Shown in pieces: positions 8,713-21,842 of a stretch of DNA of 64,000 nt; position 1 is the stretch's first letter, and every line of letters begins with the position of its first letter. The notes under the pieces are model-generated. The model searched no databases and was not told where the DNA came from. It saw only the letters and a list, made by a program, of their open reading frames with translations. Source of the stretch: Puniceicoccales bacterium (lineage in GTDB: Bacteria > Verrucomicrobiota > Verrucomicrobiia > Opitutales > JAIRKQ01); NCBI GenBank assembly GCA_031257495.1, contig JAIRON010000003.1:2980-66979 (forward strand), read 5' to 3'. The translations under genes and the position numbers were made by a program.

Positions 8713-11700
8713 ATGACGGACACCCATCGCGTTAGTTTTGGAAAACTGAAAGAGGTTATAACGCCACCTTATTTCATCGAAAGCCAGGTTAATTCCTTTC
8801 GGGAATTTTTACAGCAGGATGTTGACGTGAGCGAACGTCGAAATGTAGGCCTGGAATCCGTTTTTCGCGACGCATTCCCCATAATGAGCTACGATGGTAC
8901 CGTTTCGCTAGATTACGTATCCTATCGAATCGCACCGTCCAAGTATGCCGAGTATTTTTGCTTGAAAGAGGGAATAACTTTTGGAGCGCCGCTATACATA
9001 ACCTTGAAGTTAACAAATGCGGATGGAACTCGGGAAGAAGAAATTTACGTTGGCGAAATTCCCCTCATGAGTAAGCGTGGCTCGTTTATAATTAGCGGAG
9101 CTGAACGCGTTGTTGTCAGTCAACTGCACAGATCTCCTGGAATATGTTTCGAAGTAACGCAGCACACCAGTGGCAAAAGTTTGTACGCTTTCAGGGTCAT
9201 GCCCGATCGGGGAACGTGGATCGAGGTGCAATCGGATCAAAACGATCTTCTCTATGTGTATCTGGATCGCCGTCGCCGTCGCCGTAAGTTCCTTGTTACT
9301 ACGCTGTTGCGCGCTTTCGGGTACAGTTCGGATCGCGATATTCTGTCACTGTTTTACACTATCAAAGAATCAAAGGTTGATAAATTGCTGGAGAAGGATT
9401 CGCTGATAAACTTTGTTTTGACGGATGACATCATCGACGTTCAGCACGGCATTGTTATTGCGCGTGCCTATGATAATATCGGAAAGACTCTTCTCAAGAG
9501 CTTTCAAGAAGCAGGCATAGATAAAATTTCTTATGCCGATACATTTTTCGACGACGGGCTAATTGTCAGGAGCTTGAGAAAGGATAACTCCCATAACGAA
9601 GAGGAAGCTCTCTTCGAGATTTACAAACTACTCCGCCCCGGAGAGCCAGTGAATCTGCAGAACGCTAAATCATTTTGGGCCAGGACGTTTACCGACAGCA
9701 AAAGATATGATTTAAGCCAAGTTGGACGCTACAAATTAAACAGAAAGCTTGGGCTGGATAAGGACTTGGATGATCGCGTGATTGGCGCCGATGACATCGT
9801 TGCAGCGACAAAGTATTTGTGCTCACTTCGGAACGAAACGGGAATCATTGATGATATCGATAATCTTGGAAGCAGACGTGTGCGCGGTGTGGGCGAATTG
9901 TTGGTCAACCAGTGCCGCGTTGGGCTTGCCCGCATGGAGCGCGTAATTCGAGAACGAATGTCTCTGTTTGACCAAAGCGTCGACATGCTAACACCCCAAA
10001 AACTACTGAATCCCAAGCTATTGATGTCGGTAATTCGCGACTTTTTTGCCCGCAGCCAGCTGTCACAGTTCATGGATCAAATCAACCCGCTGTCCGAAAT
10101 TACTCATAAGCGCCGCCTGTCTGCACTCGGCCCAAATGGTTTGAACCGCGATCATACGGGTCTGGAAGTCCGCGACGTTCACCCTTCCCACTATGGAAGA
10201 ATTTGCCCCATCGAGACTCCCGAAGGCCCAAATATTGGACTTATCAATTCTCTGAGCACCTATGCGCGCATAAATAAGTTTGGCTTTATTGAAACGCCGT
10301 ACCGTGTCGTGAAAAAAGGTCGCGTGACCGACGAAGTGGTTTATTTGAGCGCCGACGAAGAAGAGGGGAAAATTATTGCCCAAGCCAATTCGGAGATGGA
10401 TGCCAAGGGAAATTTACTCGGGAAAGTGGCTGTCCGCAAGTCGGATCAGCTTTTAGATGTATCACCGGCTGAGGTCGATTATATGGATGTATCGCCCAAG
10501 CAGGTTATATCCATTGCTGCGGGGTTGATTCCGTTCCTGGAACATGATGACACCAGCCGCGCTTTGATGGGGGCGAACATGCAGCGCCAGGGTGTTCCAC
10601 TGATGCTGACGGAAGCGCCATTTGTCGGTACCGGAATTGAAGAAAAAATTGCGCATGATTCTGGTCATGTTGTTATCGCGCAGCTGGATGGCGTCGTTGC
10701 ATCCGTAGATGGAAGCAGGATAATAATTTCCCCGGACGGAACTTTGCCTGATAATTTTAATGAGTTAAAAAGCAAAGATCCGGACATTCAGATCTACAAG
10801 TTGAACAAATTTATGCGTTCCAACGCAGCTACCTGCTTTAATCAGCACCCCATAGTGGCTAAGGGGCAGGCCGTGAGGGCCGGCGATGTCCTCGCCGACG
10901 GTGCTTCGACGGATAACGGCGAACTTGCCCTTGGAAAAAATGTTCTCGTGGCCTTTATGCCTTGGAATGGGTATAATTTCGAGGATGCCGTGATCTTGAG
11001 TGAGAGAATGATTACCGATGACATTTTCACCTCCATCCATATCGACGAGTATGAAGTTACGGCGCGCGATACAAAATTAGGTATAGAAGAGATCACGCGT
11101 GATATTCCCAACGTAGGCGATGAGGCCCTGAAAAATTTAAACCGCGACGGAATAATTAGGATTGGTGCGGACGTTAAGCCAGGTGATATCCTTGTAGGAA
11201 AAGTTACTCCAAAAACGGAGACGGATCTCGCTCCGGAGGAGAAATTATTGCGGGCAATTTTCGGCGAAAAAGCGGCCGATGTGAAAGATACGTCCCTGGT
11301 TGCTCCTGCGGGTTGCTACGGAACGGTTATGGATATCAAAATATCCAGCAGATCTGACCATGAAAAGGAAGACATCACGGAATCCGAGTGCCGCCGCCGC
11401 GTGAAAAAAGTAAACGAAGAGTTTCGTACGCAAACCGATCACATCCGCGATGATCTGACCGAGGCTTTTTCCAGCATACTGCTGGGGGAAAAAATTCCGC
11501 TGAATATCATCGACACGGAGACCAATGAGGTAATTTTGGTAGCGAATCGCAAGATTACTAAGACACTGTTGCGCCGGTTGGCCGCAAGTGGACGCAACAT
11601 AGAAATGCCCTATTCGCCTGTTAGGAACAAAATTTTTGAAATAATCGATCAATTTCAGTCCAAATTTGATAATTTGGAAGAGGAACGGTTGCACAGGATT

Positions 11701-12492
11701 GCAGCCATAGAATCGGGCGATCTCGACGAATCCGGGATTATTAAAAATGTCAAGGTGTTCATCGCCAACAAACGCAAGATCCAAGTCGGTGACAAGATGG
11801 CCGGTAGGCACGGAAATAAGGGTGTTGTATCCCGCATAGTTAAACGGGAAGATATGCCATTTTTGCCGAACGGGCGTCCCATTGATATCATTTTAAATCC
11901 GCTCGGTGTTCCGAGCCGTATGAATGTGGGGCAAGTTTTGGAAACCTATCTCGGCGCGGCTTGCAAGAAGCTCGGTATTAAAGTTGCCACCCATGTGTTC
12001 GATGGTACCTCTGAGAAAAAAATTCAGGAATTGATGAAGGAGGCCGACCTTCCGCTCGATGGAAAAACGGAGCTATTTGACGGCTGTACGGGCAGAAGAT
12101 TCGATCAACGTATCACAGTCGGGTACATATACATGATGAAGCTCAATCACTTGGTTGCAGACAAGGTTCACGCCCGTGCCGTTGGACCATACAGTTTAAT
12201 TACGCAACAGCCCCTTGGTGGTCGGGCCCAGTACGGCGGTCAGCGCTTTGGAGAAATGGAGGTTTGGGCGATGGAGGCCTACGGAGCCGCTTACACCTTG
12301 CAGGAGCTACTGACGGTAAAGTCCGATGATTCCCAGGGTCGAACGAAGATTTACGAGTCAATAGTCAAGGGGGATACGTCCCTTGATGCCGGCGTTCCGC
12401 AGTCATTCAATGTTTTGATGAAGGAATTGCAGGGATTATGCCTCGACATTAGGCTGGAAAACGATCCGACATTGGACATGGATAACATTTAA
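8713..12492 (+). CDS. rpoB: DNA-directed RNA polymerase subunit beta
   Basis: 1259 aa. Contains NLGSRRVRGVGELL and GDKMAGRHGNKGVVS. Confidence 0.98.
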   Translation: MTDTHRVSFGKLKEVITPPYFIESQVNSFREFLQQDVDVSERRNVGLESVFRDAFPIMSYDGTVSLDYVSYRIAPSKYAEYFCLKEGITFGAPLYITLKLTNADGTREEEIYVGEIPLMSKRGSFIISGAERVVVSQLHRSPGICFEVTQHTSGKSLYAFRVMPDRGTWIEVQSDQNDLLYVYLDRRRRRRKFLVTTLLRAFGYSSDRDILSLFYTIKESKVDKLLEKDSLINFVLTDDIIDVQHGIVIARAYDNIGKTLLKSFQEAGIDKISYADTFFDDGLIVRSLRKDNSHNEEEALFEIYKLLRPGEPVNLQNAKSFWARTFTDSKRYDLSQVGRYKLNRKLGLDKDLDDRVIGADDIVAATKYLCSLRNETGIIDDIDNLGSRRVRGVGELLVNQCRVGLARMERVIRERMSLFDQSVDMLTPQKLLNPKLLMSVIRDFFARSQLSQFMDQINPLSEITHKRRLSALGPNGLNRDHTGLEVRDVHPSHYGRICPIETPEGPNIGLINSLSTYARINKFGFIETPYRVVKKGRVTDEVVYLSADEEEGKIIAQANSEMDAKGNLLGKVAVRKSDQLLDVSPAEVDYMDVSPKQVISIAAGLIPFLEHDDTSRALMGANMQRQGVPLMLTEAPFVGTGIEEKIAHDSGHVVIAQLDGVVASVDGSRIIISPDGTLPDNFNELKSKDPDIQIYKLNKFMRSNAATCFNQHPIVAKGQAVRAGDVLADGASTDNGELALGKNVLVAFMPWNGYNFEDAVILSERMITDDIFTSIHIDEYEVTARDTKLGIEEITRDIPNVGDEALKNLNRDGIIRIGADVKPGDILVGKVTPKTETDLAPEEKLLRAIFGEKAADVKDTSLVAPAGCYGTVMDIKISSRSDHEKEDITESECRRRVKKVNEEFRTQTDHIRDDLTEAFSSILLGEKIPLNIIDTETNEVILVANRKITKTLLRRLAASGRNIEMPYSPVRNKIFEIIDQFQSKFDNLEEERLHRIAAIESGDLDESGIIKNVKVFIANKRKIQVGDKMAGRHGNKGVVSRIVKREDMPFLPNGRPIDIILNPLGVPSRMNVGQVLETYLGAACKKLGIKVATHVFDGTSEKKIQELMKEADLPLDGKTELFDGCTGRRFDQRITVGYIYMMKLNHLVADKVHARAVGPYSLITQQPLGGRAQYGGQRFGEMEVWAMEAYGAAYTLQELLTVKSDDSQGRTKIYESIVKGDTSLDAGVPQSFNVLMKELQGLCLDIRLENDPTLDMDNI

Positions 12493-12507
12493 TGGCACTA
12501 TAATCAG

Positions 12508-15500
12508 ATGAGTAATCAAAACGTGAAAGAAATTTTGGGCTTTGACCCAATTCATAACTATAATCAAGTTAGCATTTCCGTTGCGTCTCCGGATGTCATA
12601 CGTTCCTGGTCACGGGGGGAGGTTAAAAATCCGGAAACAATAAATTATCGCACTTTTAAGCCCGAACCGGGAGGGCTGTTTTGCCAGAAAATTTTCGGAC
12701 CCGTACGCGACTATGAGTGTGCCTGTGGGAAGTATAAGAGAATAAAATATAAGGGCGTTGTTTGCGAGCGCTGCGGAGTGGAGGTCACAGTTTCTCGCAC
12801 ACGTCGGGAAAGTATGGGCCACATCGAGCTCGCCGTGCCCATTGCCCATGTTTGGTTTTTAAAGAGTTTGCCAAGTAGGCTGGGTCTGGTGCTTGACATG
12901 ACGGCCAAGGACCTGGAAAAAGTTATCTACTATGAAAGCTACATGGTTATCGATCCCGGTTCGGCGCCACTTTCCAAGTGCCAACTAGTTAACGACAGAG
13001 AATATATTCAATTGCAGGAAGAGTACGGAGAGGATTCCTTTGGAGCGAAAATTGGAGCGGCGGCAGTGCGTGAAGTGCTAGCAAGCATCGATTTAGCCGA
13101 GCTTTCCGATGAGCTCCAGGAGCAACTGCGAAGCACCCATTCTCGTCAAAATAAAAAGAAAATTACGAGGCGTTTAAAGCTTGTTAATGGATTTTTGGAA
13201 GGCAATATGCGTCCGGAATGGATGATTTTGGAGACATTGCCCATAATTCCTCCCGATTTGCGTCCACTGGTCCCGCTAGACGGTGGTCGCTTTGCCACAA
13301 GCGATCTGAATGACTTATATCGCCGAGTAATCAACCGAAATAATCGTCTGAAAAGTTTGCTAAGCCTCAAAACGCCCGATGTAATCATACACAACGAAAT
13401 GCGCATGTTGCAAGAGGCCGTCGATGCGCTCTTTGACAACGATCGTCATGGACACTCAGTGGTGGGCGCTGGGAATCGTCCTCTAAAATCTTTGAGCGAG
13501 ATGCTCAAGGGAAAGCAGGGACGCTTTCGCCAGAATCTCTTAGGGAAGCGGGTTGATTATAGCGGCCGCTCCGTTATCGTTATCGGTCCCGAACTAAAAA
13601 TACACCAGTGTGGGCTGCCGAAAAAGATGGCACTCGTGCTATTTGAACCCTTCATTATTCGCCGTTTAAAGGAGCTCGGGTTCATTCATACCGTCCGTAG
13701 CGCGCGCAAAATGATAGAAAAACAAGCACCCGAGGTGTGGGATATTTTGGATGAAGTCACACGTGGCCATCCAATTTTGCTGAATCGTGCTCCCACACTG
13801 CACAGATTGTCAATTCAAGCATTTGAACCGGTTCTGATTGAAGGTGATGCCATCCGTTTGCATCCGCTTGTTTGTTCGGCGTTCAACGCTGACTTCGACG
13901 GCGACCAGATGGCAGTGCACGTTCCTCTGTCTCTGGAGGCAGTCATGGAGGCCAAGTTACTGATGCTTGCTTCACACAACGTTTTTTCCCCATCAAGCGG
14001 AAAGCCCGTTTTGACACCGAGCCAGGACATCGTGTTTGGCGCCTATTATTTAACCTTGGAGCCCATTAAAAAGGAGGAGGATAGCGATCGCTTGCCACTG
14101 ATTGGCACTACGGAGGAGGCATTGATGCTGGACACCGAGGGCATCCTTAAAAAACACGATCGTATCCGCTTCGTAAATCCTGATTTTAAAAAGAAAACCA
14201 GGTATGGTAACAGCGCTCTCAAAATAATCGAAACCACACTGGGACGCGTGGTATTTAACAGCATATTTGTGCGTTCGCTTGGGTTTGTAAATCAGCCGGT
14301 GGCGAAAGGCAAATTGGGTGAGCTAATACTTAACACCTACAAAGTGGCAGGCAAGGAACAGGCCGTTGAAATTTTAGATAAACTTAAGGCACTCGGGTTT
14401 AGAGAGGCTATGCGTGCCGGCTTGTCCATCAGCGTGGATGACATGATAATCCCAGTGGATAAGGCCAAAATAATTAGCTCTACACGCAAAAAGGTCGATG
14501 ACGTCGAAGTGCAATATAAGCGTGGAATTATAACTTCCGGTGAACGTTCCAATAAGATTGTGGATATTTGGACTTCGGCAACGGATGAGATTGCCGCCTT
14601 GGCTTTTGATTCGCTCGCTCAAAACGGTGGACGGCCCGAGATTAATCCCGTGTTCCTGATGATGGATTCTGGAGCACGCGGAAATCGGCAGCAAGTACGC
14701 CAGCTCTGTGGCATGCGCGGATTGATGGCAAAGCCATCCGGGGAAATCATAGAGTGGCCGATTACGTCATCATTTCGTGAGGGCCTGTCAGTGTTGGAGT
14801 ATTTCATATCCACGCACGGTGCTAGAAAAGGTCTCGCCGATACGGCTTTGAAGACGGCGGATGCCGGTTATATGACGAGAAAGTTGTGCGATGTCGCCAT
14901 GGATTGCGTGATAGGGGATGAGGATTCCGGCGATCGCTCCGGAGTCTGGAAACAAGCAATCGTGGACGGTGACGATGAAATCGTCAGCTTAACCGAACGC
15001 ATTTCCGGAAGATGCTCCTGTGAGGATATCAAAAACCCTCTCGATCCCAATGAAACGATAGTTGCCGCTGGCGATCTCATAACCGTTGACATTGCCCACC
15101 GTATCGAGGAATGTGGCATTGAGCGAGTCAAGGTAATGTCTCCGCTGACGCAGATGTTTAAAAATGTCATACCGGCAAAGGCCTACGGTATTGACCCGGC
15201 AACAAACAGTATGGTTAAGCGAGGTTCGGCGGTAGGAATAATTGCGGCGCAGTCCATAGGTGAGCCTGGTACTCAGCTCACTCTGCGTACGTTCCACGTT
15301 GGAGGTGTCGCTAGCCAGGTGCTAAAAACTTCGGAGTATCGCGCAAAGCGGGATTGCATAATAAAATTTAACGGATTGCGCCTAGTTCAAACGGTGGACG
15401 GGGCAAACATTGTGCTAAACAAAACTGGTAAAATGCAGCTCTTGGATGACAATGGCCGAGAATTAGAAAATTACGCCATGGTCCCCGGTGCGCTACTATC

Positions 15501-16659
15501 CGTTTCCGATGGGGAGCGGGTTACCAAAGGTACCGTTTTGGCCATGTGGGATCCACACAACATGCCGATTTTGTCGGAAAAGAGCGGAGTTATTAGTTTT
15601 CGGGATATGATTTCTGGCGTTACCATTAAGCGCGATGTGGATACTTCCACGGGAAGAATTACGACGGTTGTCATTGAACACAAGGAAGATTTAAATCCGA
15701 CGATCGAGATCGTCGTTGGCGCCAACAACGAAGGCTTTTCACCAGACAAAATTGTTGCCACTTATAGCATACCAACCGGCGCCCAAGTTATCGTTGAAAA
15801 CGGCAACGAAATTCAGGCGGGGGCGCTATTGGCCAAGACATCCCGTTCCGCGTCAAAGACACAGGATATTACGGGAGGATTGCCGCGCATTGCTGAATTA
15901 TTTGAGGCTCGTAGACCAAAGGATGCTTCCGAAATGGCCAAGCTTGACGGCATAGTGTCTTTCGGTGGAACTGTGCGCAATAAGAGGCGCATCTGGGTTA
16001 CCGATAGCGAAACGGGCCAGCGCCAGGATCATCTCATTGCCCATGGTAGGAGCATCGTTGTACACGAAGGAGACTTTGTAAGCAAGGGACAAAATTTGAC
16101 CGATGGCTCCCAAGATCCCCACGAAATTCTCGAAATTCTCGGCATTGCCAGCCTGCAGGAGTACCTAATTTCTGAAATTCAGAAAGTGTACCGCATGCAG
16201 GGTGTGTCCATTAACGATAAGCACATTGAAATCATTGTTGTCTGCATGTTGAGTAAGGTGCGGATCTCTGATCCAGGTGATTCCGACTTTTTCTGGGGCG
16301 AACAAATCGACAAAGACGCCTTTGTAACGGCCAACAAAGAGATCATCGATTCTGGGGGAGAACCTGCCACCGCCGAGCCCGTTTTACTTGGCATAACAAA
16401 GTCTTCCATCGAAACGGAAAGCTTTATCGCAGCGGCATCCTTTCAGGAGACAACGCGAGTTTTGACCGATGCGGCAACGACGTCGAAAGTAGACAAACTG
16501 AAAGGTTTCAAGGAAAATGTTATCATGGGACACCTGATTCCGGCGGGAACGGGCCTACCAATGTATCGATACATAAAGATTAACACGTTGGGCAGTACGC
16601 CTGTGGGTGAATTTCCAACGCAAATGGAGGCGTCCCAGCCGGTGACAGTTGAGCAATGA
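12508..16659 (+). CDS. rpoC: DNA-directed RNA polymerase subunit beta'
   Basis: 1383 aa. Contains the catalytic [16 protein letters not shown] motif and N-terminal zinc-binding Cys residues. Confidence 0.98.
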   Translation: MSNQNVKEILGFDPIHNYNQVSISVASPDVIRSWSRGEVKNPETINYRTFKPEPGGLFCQKIFGPVRDYECACGKYKRIKYKGVVCERCGVEVTVSRTRRESMGHIELAVPIAHVWFLKSLPSRLGLVLDMTAKDLEKVIYYESYMVIDPGSAPLSKCQLVNDREYIQLQEEYGEDSFGAKIGAAAVREVLASIDLAELSDELQEQLRSTHSRQNKKKITRRLKLVNGFLEGNMRPEWMILETLPIIPPDLRPLVPLDGGRFATSDLNDLYRRVINRNNRLKSLLSLKTPDVIIHNEMRMLQEAVDALFDNDRHGHSVVGAGNRPLKSLSEMLKGKQGRFRQNLLGKRVDYSGRSVIVIGPELKIHQCGLPKKMALVLFEPFIIRRLKELGFIHTVRSARKMIEKQAPEVWDILDEVTRGHPILLNRAPTLHRLSIQAFEPVLIEGDAIRLHPLVCSAFNADFDGDQMAVHVPLSLEAVMEAKLLMLASHNVFSPSSGKPVLTPSQDIVFGAYYLTLEPIKKEEDSDRLPLIGTTEEALMLDTEGILKKHDRIRFVNPDFKKKTRYGNSALKIIETTLGRVVFNSIFVRSLGFVNQPVAKGKLGELILNTYKVAGKEQAVEILDKLKALGFREAMRAGLSISVDDMIIPVDKAKIISSTRKKVDDVEVQYKRGIITSGERSNKIVDIWTSATDEIAALAFDSLAQNGGRPEINPVFLMMDSGARGNRQQVRQLCGMRGLMAKPSGEIIEWPITSSFREGLSVLEYFISTHGARKGLADTALKTADAGYMTRKLCDVAMDCVIGDEDSGDRSGVWKQAIVDGDDEIVSLTERISGRCSCEDIKNPLDPNETIVAAGDLITVDIAHRIEECGIERVKVMSPLTQMFKNVIPAKAYGIDPATNSMVKRGSAVGIIAAQSIGEPGTQLTLRTFHVGGVASQVLKTSEYRAKRDCIIKFNGLRLVQTVDGANIVLNKTGKMQLLDDNGRELENYAMVPGALLSVSDGERVTKGTVLAMWDPHNMPILSEKSGVISFRDMISGVTIKRDVDTSTGRITTVVIEHKEDLNPTIEIVVGANNEGFSPDKIVATYSIPTGAQVIVENGNEIQAGALLAKTSRSASKTQDITGGLPRIAELFEARRPKDASEMAKLDGIVSFGGTVRNKRRIWVTDSETGQRQDHLIAHGRSIVVHEGDFVSKGQNLTDGSQDPHEILEILGIASLQEYLISEIQKVYRMQGVSINDKHIEIIVVCMLSKVRISDPGDSDFFWGEQIDKDAFVTANKEIIDSGGEPATAEPVLLGITKSSIETESFIAAASFQETTRVLTDAATTSKVDKLKGFKENVIMGHLIPAGTGLPMYRYIKINTLGSTPVGEFPTQMEASQPVTVEQ

Positions 16660-16767
16660 TCGGCAAAAATAAGGGGTGCAAGGTGGATCTTTCCAAAAAA
16701 TTTTCTTGCATTGTTTTCCGAAATTTTTTCAAGTTAGGAACTTTAATTTAATTTTACACGGAGATTC

Positions 16768-17145
16768 ATGCCCACAATTAATCAGTTAATAAAGCGACCG
16801 AGGGTTAGCAAGTCGTTTAAGTCGAAGGCACCGGCCTTAGATAAAAATCCCTTCAGGCGTGGAACGTGTATTCAGGTCATGACTCGCACACCGAAGAAAC
16901 CAAACTCGGCTATCCGTAAAGTTACAAAAGTGCGTTTGACGAATGGAACAGAGGTTATAGCTTACATCCCCGATGAGGGGCATAAATTGCAGGAACACAG
17001 CGTCATCCTCGTTCGCGGCGGCCGAGTGAAAGACTTGCCAGGTGTGCGCTACCATGTGGTGCGTGGAACACTGGACTGTTCCGGCGTAGAGAAGCGCCGC
17101 AGAAGTCGTTCGAAGTATGGGGTCAAGCGCCCAAAACAAAAGTGA
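16768..17145 (+). CDS. rpsL: 30S ribosomal protein S12
   Basis: Starts MPTINQLIK and contains [11 protein letters not shown]. Confidence 0.98.
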   Translation: MPTINQLIKRPRVSKSFKSKAPALDKNPFRRGTCIQVMTRTPKKPNSAIRKVTKVRLTNGTEVIAYIPDEGHKLQEHSVILVRGGRVKDLPGVRYHVVRGTLDCSGVEKRRRSRSKYGVKRPKQK

Positions 17146-17169
17146 AAATTTTAGGGAAAGAAGGAAAAG

Positions 17170-17643
17170 ATGTCTCGTCGTAGAAGAGCAGAGAAGCGTC
17201 CAGGGATCAAAGATCCGCGCTACGGTAGTACGCTGATTGGACAGTTGATAAACATGGTTATGGAACGCGGGAAAAAATCCCTGGCGCGGTCGATTGTTTA
17301 CGGCGCCGTGGAGCGTGTGAGTGAAAAGTTGGGTAAGGGCGATCCCGTTGATCTGATGCTGGGAGCATTGGAGAATGTCCGTCCAAAAGTTGAGGTAAAA
17401 AGCAAGCGTGTTGGTGGAGCAACCTATCAGGTGCCGGTGGAGGTTTCCTATGGAAGGCAACATACTTTGGCTTTTCGTTGGATGATCGAACTGGCGTCAT
17501 CTAGAAAAGGAACCCCAATAAAGGAGGCCCTGGCGCAAGAAATCATCGATGCCTATAATAATACGGGATCCGTTGTTAAGAAGAAGGAGGAAGTGCACCG
17601 CATGGCGCAGGCTAATCGTGCATTTGCGCATTTGCGCTGGTGA
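17170..17643 (+). CDS. rpsG: 30S ribosomal protein S7
   Basis: Contains KRVGGATYQVPVEV; ends AFAHLRW. Confidence 0.97.
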   Translation: MSRRRRAEKRPGIKDPRYGSTLIGQLINMVMERGKKSLARSIVYGAVERVSEKLGKGDPVDLMLGALENVRPKVEVKSKRVGGATYQVPVEVSYGRQHTLAFRWMIELASSRKGTPIKEALAQEIIDAYNNTGSVVKKKEEVHRMAQANRAFAHLRW

Positions 17644-17664
17644 CGTAAAAATTTAAAAGGGAAT

Positions 17665-19818
17665 GTGATGTCCAAATACGAAATATCGGCAGCAAACGCG
17701 AAGTCGCGTGGTACTCCGTTGGAATTTACAAGAAACATAGGTATCGCCGCACACATTGATGCCGGTAAAACAACGACGACGGAGCGCATACTATTTTACA
17801 CCGGGGTGGTGCATAAGATGGGCGAAGTGCACGACGGAACAGCTGTCACCGATTGGATGGAGCAGGAGCGGGAGCGGGGCATCACAATCACATCCGCCGC
17901 GATTTCTTGCTCGTGGACAGCGAAAGAAGGACCCTTCGCTGGCATAGGCCATAGAATAAACATCATTGATACTCCCGGGCACGTGGATTTTACAGCGGAA
18001 GTTGAGCGTTCACTGCGCGTATTGGATGGTGCGGTTGCAGTATTTTGCGGTGTTGCCGGTGTGCAGCCGCAATCGGAGACGGTGTGGCGGCAAATGGACA
18101 AATACAACGTGCCGAGAATTGCTTTCATCAACAAAATGGACCGCACGGGGGCAGACTTTTTTGGGGCGGTGGAAGATATCAAGGAAAAGTTACGCGGCAA
18201 TGCGCATCCGCTTTTCCTGAATATCGGCTCGGGCGAAACTTTCAAGGGCCTGATTGATCTCGTTAAAATGAGAGCCTACATATACCGCCAAGACAGCATC
18301 AATGGGGTGCAATACGATACCGTTGATATTCCCGCCGACATGATTGAGTCCGCAGAGAAATATCGGGAGGGGCTGATTGAGTCGGTGGCAGATTTCGACG
18401 AGAACATAGCCAACAAGTACCTGGAAGGCATGGAAATTTCTGACGAAGAATTTCAAATTGGAATCCGGAGAGCTACGCTTTCCATGAAGTTTATTGGGGT
18501 AATACCGGGTAGTTCGTTCAAAAACAAAGGCGTGCAGATGCTCTTGGATGCCGTTATTGACTACTTGCCCAGCCCGCTCGATCTACCGCCAACGCGCGCT
18601 TTTAACGACGATGGCGAGGAGGTTGGCATACCCGTTAATGACAGCGGCAAAGTTGCCGTTTTAGCTTTTAAATTAATGACGGATCCCTATGTGGGGAAGC
18701 TAGTATTTTGCCGTGTGTACGCTGGGCAACTGAAAAAAGGAACTACGGTTTACAATCCTCGAACGCGTCAAAATGAACGCATAGGTCGCCTGTTAATGAT
18801 GAAGGCCAACACACGCGAGGATATTGACATTGCTTATTCGGGTGATATTTGTGCCGTAGTTGGCCTCAGAAATGTTGCGACCGGCGATACTTTGTGCGAC
18901 GATGATCTCGATCTAATCCTCGAGCCGCCAACATTCCCTGAACCGGTCATAAGCATGTCCATCGAACCAAAGTCTAAGGCTGATCAAACCAAGCTTTCAA
19001 CCGGCCTTCAATGTTTAGCCGAAGAAGATCCCACTTTCGTTGTGACCACGAATCAGGAAACGGGGCAGACCATAATAGCTGGCATGGGTGAGCTGCATCT
19101 GGATATCATCCGGGATAGGTTGTTCCGTGAATTTAAAGTCGAGGCGGATGCTGGGCGGCCGCAGATTGCCTACAAAGAAACAATTTCAACGGTGGCAACG
19201 GGAGAAGGGAAATTTATCAGGCAAACCGGTGGTCATGGACAGTACGGTCACGCCGTCATAAAGATTGAGCCCGCCGAACGGGGAAAGGGAATCGAAATTA
19301 TAAACGAAATTGTTGGTGGTGTTATTCCAAAAGAATTTATTAAGCCCACCCAAGAGGGTATAATGGAAGGGGCGAATGGTGGTGTTATAGCCGGTTACCC
19401 CGTTGTTGATTTTACGGCAAGAATTGTCGATGGAAGCTTCCACGAGGTCGATTCTTCGGAGTTAGCGTTTAAAATGGCCGGCATTTTCGGCTTCAAAGAA
19501 GCCATGAAGAAGGCCAATCCCATACTCCTCGAGCCAATCATGAAAGTGGACGTTTCGACACCGGACGAATATCAGGGAGACATAGTTGGCGACTTGAATC
19601 GGCGACGCGGGCAAATACAGGGCATTGAGGCCAAGCACGGCTTGACAATGATCACTGCTTTTGTTCCGCTCGAAATGATGTTTGGCTATGCTACGGATGT
19701 GCGTTCGCTGTCCAAAGGGCGGGCAACTTATTCGATGGAACCTGCCCACTTTGAACAAGTTCCGGCGGGTTTATTGGCCAAAATTGTGGAAAATTCACCT
19801 AATAGTAACAGACGTTAG
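17665..19818 (+). CDS. fusA: Elongation factor G
   Basis: Contains [19 protein letters not shown] and DTPGHVDF. The start is either GTG 17665 or ATG 17668. Confidence 0.97.
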   Translation: MMSKYEISAANAKSRGTPLEFTRNIGIAAHIDAGKTTTTERILFYTGVVHKMGEVHDGTAVTDWMEQERERGITITSAAISCSWTAKEGPFAGIGHRINIIDTPGHVDFTAEVERSLRVLDGAVAVFCGVAGVQPQSETVWRQMDKYNVPRIAFINKMDRTGADFFGAVEDIKEKLRGNAHPLFLNIGSGETFKGLIDLVKMRAYIYRQDSINGVQYDTVDIPADMIESAEKYREGLIESVADFDENIANKYLEGMEISDEEFQIGIRRATLSMKFIGVIPGSSFKNKGVQMLLDAVIDYLPSPLDLPPTRAFNDDGEEVGIPVNDSGKVAVLAFKLMTDPYVGKLVFCRVYAGQLKKGTTVYNPRTRQNERIGRLLMMKANTREDIDIAYSGDICAVVGLRNVATGDTLCDDDLDLILEPPTFPEPVISMSIEPKSKADQTKLSTGLQCLAEEDPTFVVTTNQETGQTIIAGMGELHLDIIRDRLFREFKVEADAGRPQIAYKETISTVATGEGKFIRQTGGHGQYGHAVIKIEPAERGKGIEIINEIVGGVIPKEFIKPTQEGIMEGANGGVIAGYPVVDFTARIVDGSFHEVDSSELAFKMAGIFGFKEAMKKANPILLEPIMKVDVSTPDEYQGDIVGDLNRRRGQIQGIEAKHGLTMITAFVPLEMMFGYATDVRSLSKGRATYSMEPAHFEQVPAGLLAKIVENSPNSNRR

Positions 19819-19832
19819 CGGGGTATATAAAA

Positions 19833-20174
19833 ATGGCTCAAAAAAAACAAAAGACAGATTCCAAACAGAAGATCAGAATTAGACTAAAGAGTTTTGATTA
19901 TAGACTCGTGGATCAGGCAGGCGTCGACATCGTTGATACTGCCAAGCGTTCCGGAGCACGGGTAACGGGGCCCGTTCCTTTGCCGATGCACATTCGGAAG
20001 TTTTGCGTAAACCGTTCCCCCCACAAAGACAAAAAATCGTCCGATCACTTTGAAATTCGTACGCATAGCCGCTTGGTGGATATTTTCGAGCCAACTGCGG
20101 ATACCGTCGATTCTTTGAAAAAATTAAACCTACCAGCTGGAGTTGAAATAAAAATCGATTTATTAGCCGCATAG
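19833..20174 (+). CDS. rpsJ: 30S ribosomal protein S10
   Basis: Contains [14 protein letters not shown]. Confidence 0.96.
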   Translation: MAQKKQKTDSKQKIRIRLKSFDYRLVDQAGVDIVDTAKRSGARVTGPVPLPMHIRKFCVNRSPHKDKKSSDHFEIRTHSRLVDIFEPTADTVDSLKKLNLPAGVEIKIDLLAA

Positions 20175-20253
20175 TTTTTATTTTTGTGCTTGCGTTTTAA
20201 ATAAGCTACTTTTATAGCTCTCACGTCTAAAGCAGAATTTTTTGCCGCTTAGT

Positions 20254-20898
20254 ATGGAAAAAAAGAAAAATACATTGTTGATTGGAAAAAAAGTTGGGAT
20301 GACTCAGATTTACAGTGAGGCGTCTGAGCTTGTTCCTGTGACCATAATTCAGATAGAAAAGAGCACGGTGGTCAGGGTAAAAACAATTGAAAGGGATGGG
20401 TATAGCGCCGTTCAATTTGGGTTTGGCAGAAAAAGTGCGAAGCATTCGACAAGGTCCGAGCTTGGCCAGGACAAGTTAATTGCGGGCTCGTCGCCATTAA
20501 AGTTACAAGAGATGAGGGTTGATTCGGCGGAGGAGTATTCCCTCGGTGACATTGATTTACTCGGAGAGTTTGCCGCATCCGATGTTGTTGACGTGATAGG
20601 AACTACAAAGGGGCGCGGCTTTGCCGGCGTTATGAAGAGGCATAATTTTTGTGGTGGGCCGGCATCACACGGATCAATGTTCCATCGCCAAGGAGGCTCC
20701 TATGGGCAGCGCCAATGGGTTGGGCACGTTTTTAAGGGACGCAAGATGCCGGGACATTTCGGCTGCGAAAGGCGCACTATACAAAATTTGCCCGTTGTGA
20801 AAGTTGACTATGACAAAGGCTTGTTAATTGTAAGAGGTAGCATACCGGGAGCTAAAAATGGTTTTGTCCTGGTGAGGAGAGCTATTAAGTCTTTGTAA
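20254..20898 (+). CDS. rplC: 50S ribosomal protein L3
   Basis: I trimmed the start to ATG 20254 (MEKKKNTLLIGKKVGMTQIY). Contains KGRGFAGVMKRHNF. Confidence 0.94.
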   Translation: MEKKKNTLLIGKKVGMTQIYSEASELVPVTIIQIEKSTVVRVKTIERDGYSAVQFGFGRKSAKHSTRSELGQDKLIAGSSPLKLQEMRVDSAEEYSLGDIDLLGEFAASDVVDVIGTTKGRGFAGVMKRHNFCGGPASHGSMFHRQGGSYGQRQWVGHVFKGRKMPGHFGCERRTIQNLPVVKVDYDKGLLIVRGSIPGAKNGFVLVRRAIKSL

Positions 20899-20911
20899 GA
20901 CAGGGTGTTCG

Positions 20912-21556
20912 ATGAATTTTAAATTTTACAGTAAAGATTGGGATGTTTTGCCGGAGAAAGTTGTTGATGGTGCGATGTTGCTCGATGAAAACAAAGGCGC
21001 CGTGGCCCTGCGCCAATATGTCGTCTCTTTTGCGGCAAATCTCAGGCAGGGAAATGCTTGTGCCAAGGATTACGGCGACGTTAGTGGAACGGGGAAAAAG
21101 CCATATAGGCAGAAAGGTACCGGTATGGCTCGCCATGGGTCCAAAAGAAGTCCTATTTGGGTCGGCGGCGGAGTTGTTTTCGGCCCGAAGCCGCGGGACT
21201 TTTCGCAAAAATTAAATAAAAAAGTTAAAAACATGGCCCTGGCTAGGGCCATATGCGATAAAGTGAACGCCGGTGAACTTTCTTTGATTGCGGAATTTGA
21301 TGTCGCTGAACCGAAAACGAAAGTGGCAACAAAATTGATAAATTCTGTGGCTGGAGGGAAAAGCATACTATTAATTTCCGATGTTTTTTCCGAAAAATTT
21401 ATTTTGGCATCGCGAAATATAAGCAATGTTTACATGATCGATGTGAGTTCCGTTAACGCCTATGACATAATTCGTTTTAGGAATGTGGTTGTGGCGGAAA
21501 ATGTGATTGACACCCTATTGAAACGCTCTGGTTTGCTTGGGGAAGAAATAAAATGA
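20912..21556 (+). CDS. rplD: 50S ribosomal protein L4
   Basis: Contains [33 protein letters not shown]. Confidence 0.96.
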   Translation: MNFKFYSKDWDVLPEKVVDGAMLLDENKGAVALRQYVVSFAANLRQGNACAKDYGDVSGTGKKPYRQKGTGMARHGSKRSPIWVGGGVVFGPKPRDFSQKLNKKVKNMALARAICDKVNAGELSLIAEFDVAEPKTKVATKLINSVAGGKSILLISDVFSEKFILASRNISNVYMIDVSSVNAYDIIRFRNVVVAENVIDTLLKRSGLLGEEIK

Positions 21557-21840
21557 ACCAATTTGAAATTTTAAAAGAGATAATATTGACTGAGAAGTCT
21601 AATATTTTGTCGGCGGATTTGAATCAGTACACATTCAAGGTGTGTTCGTGCGCCACTAAACAGGCCATAGCGTTGGCTATTGAGAAAGTTTTCAAGGTGA
21701 AAGTCGAGTCCGTTAACGTGTTAAATACGAGCAGAAAGCATAGGCGGGCCCGAGTAAAGGGAGCAAGGCCGGGGAAGACGCAGGCCTTTAAAAAGGCGAT
21801 TGTATCTTTGAAAGATGGCGATAAAATTGAGGTAGTATAA
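21553..21840 (+). CDS. rplW: 50S ribosomal protein L23
   Basis: 95 aa, 4-nt overlap with rplD, in the L23 position of an S10 operon. Confidence 0.92.
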   Translation: MNQFEILKEIILTEKSNILSADLNQYTFKVCSCATKQAIALAIEKVFKVKVESVNVLNTSRKHRRARVKGARPGKTQAFKKAIVSLKDGDKIEVV

Positions 21841-21842
21841 AA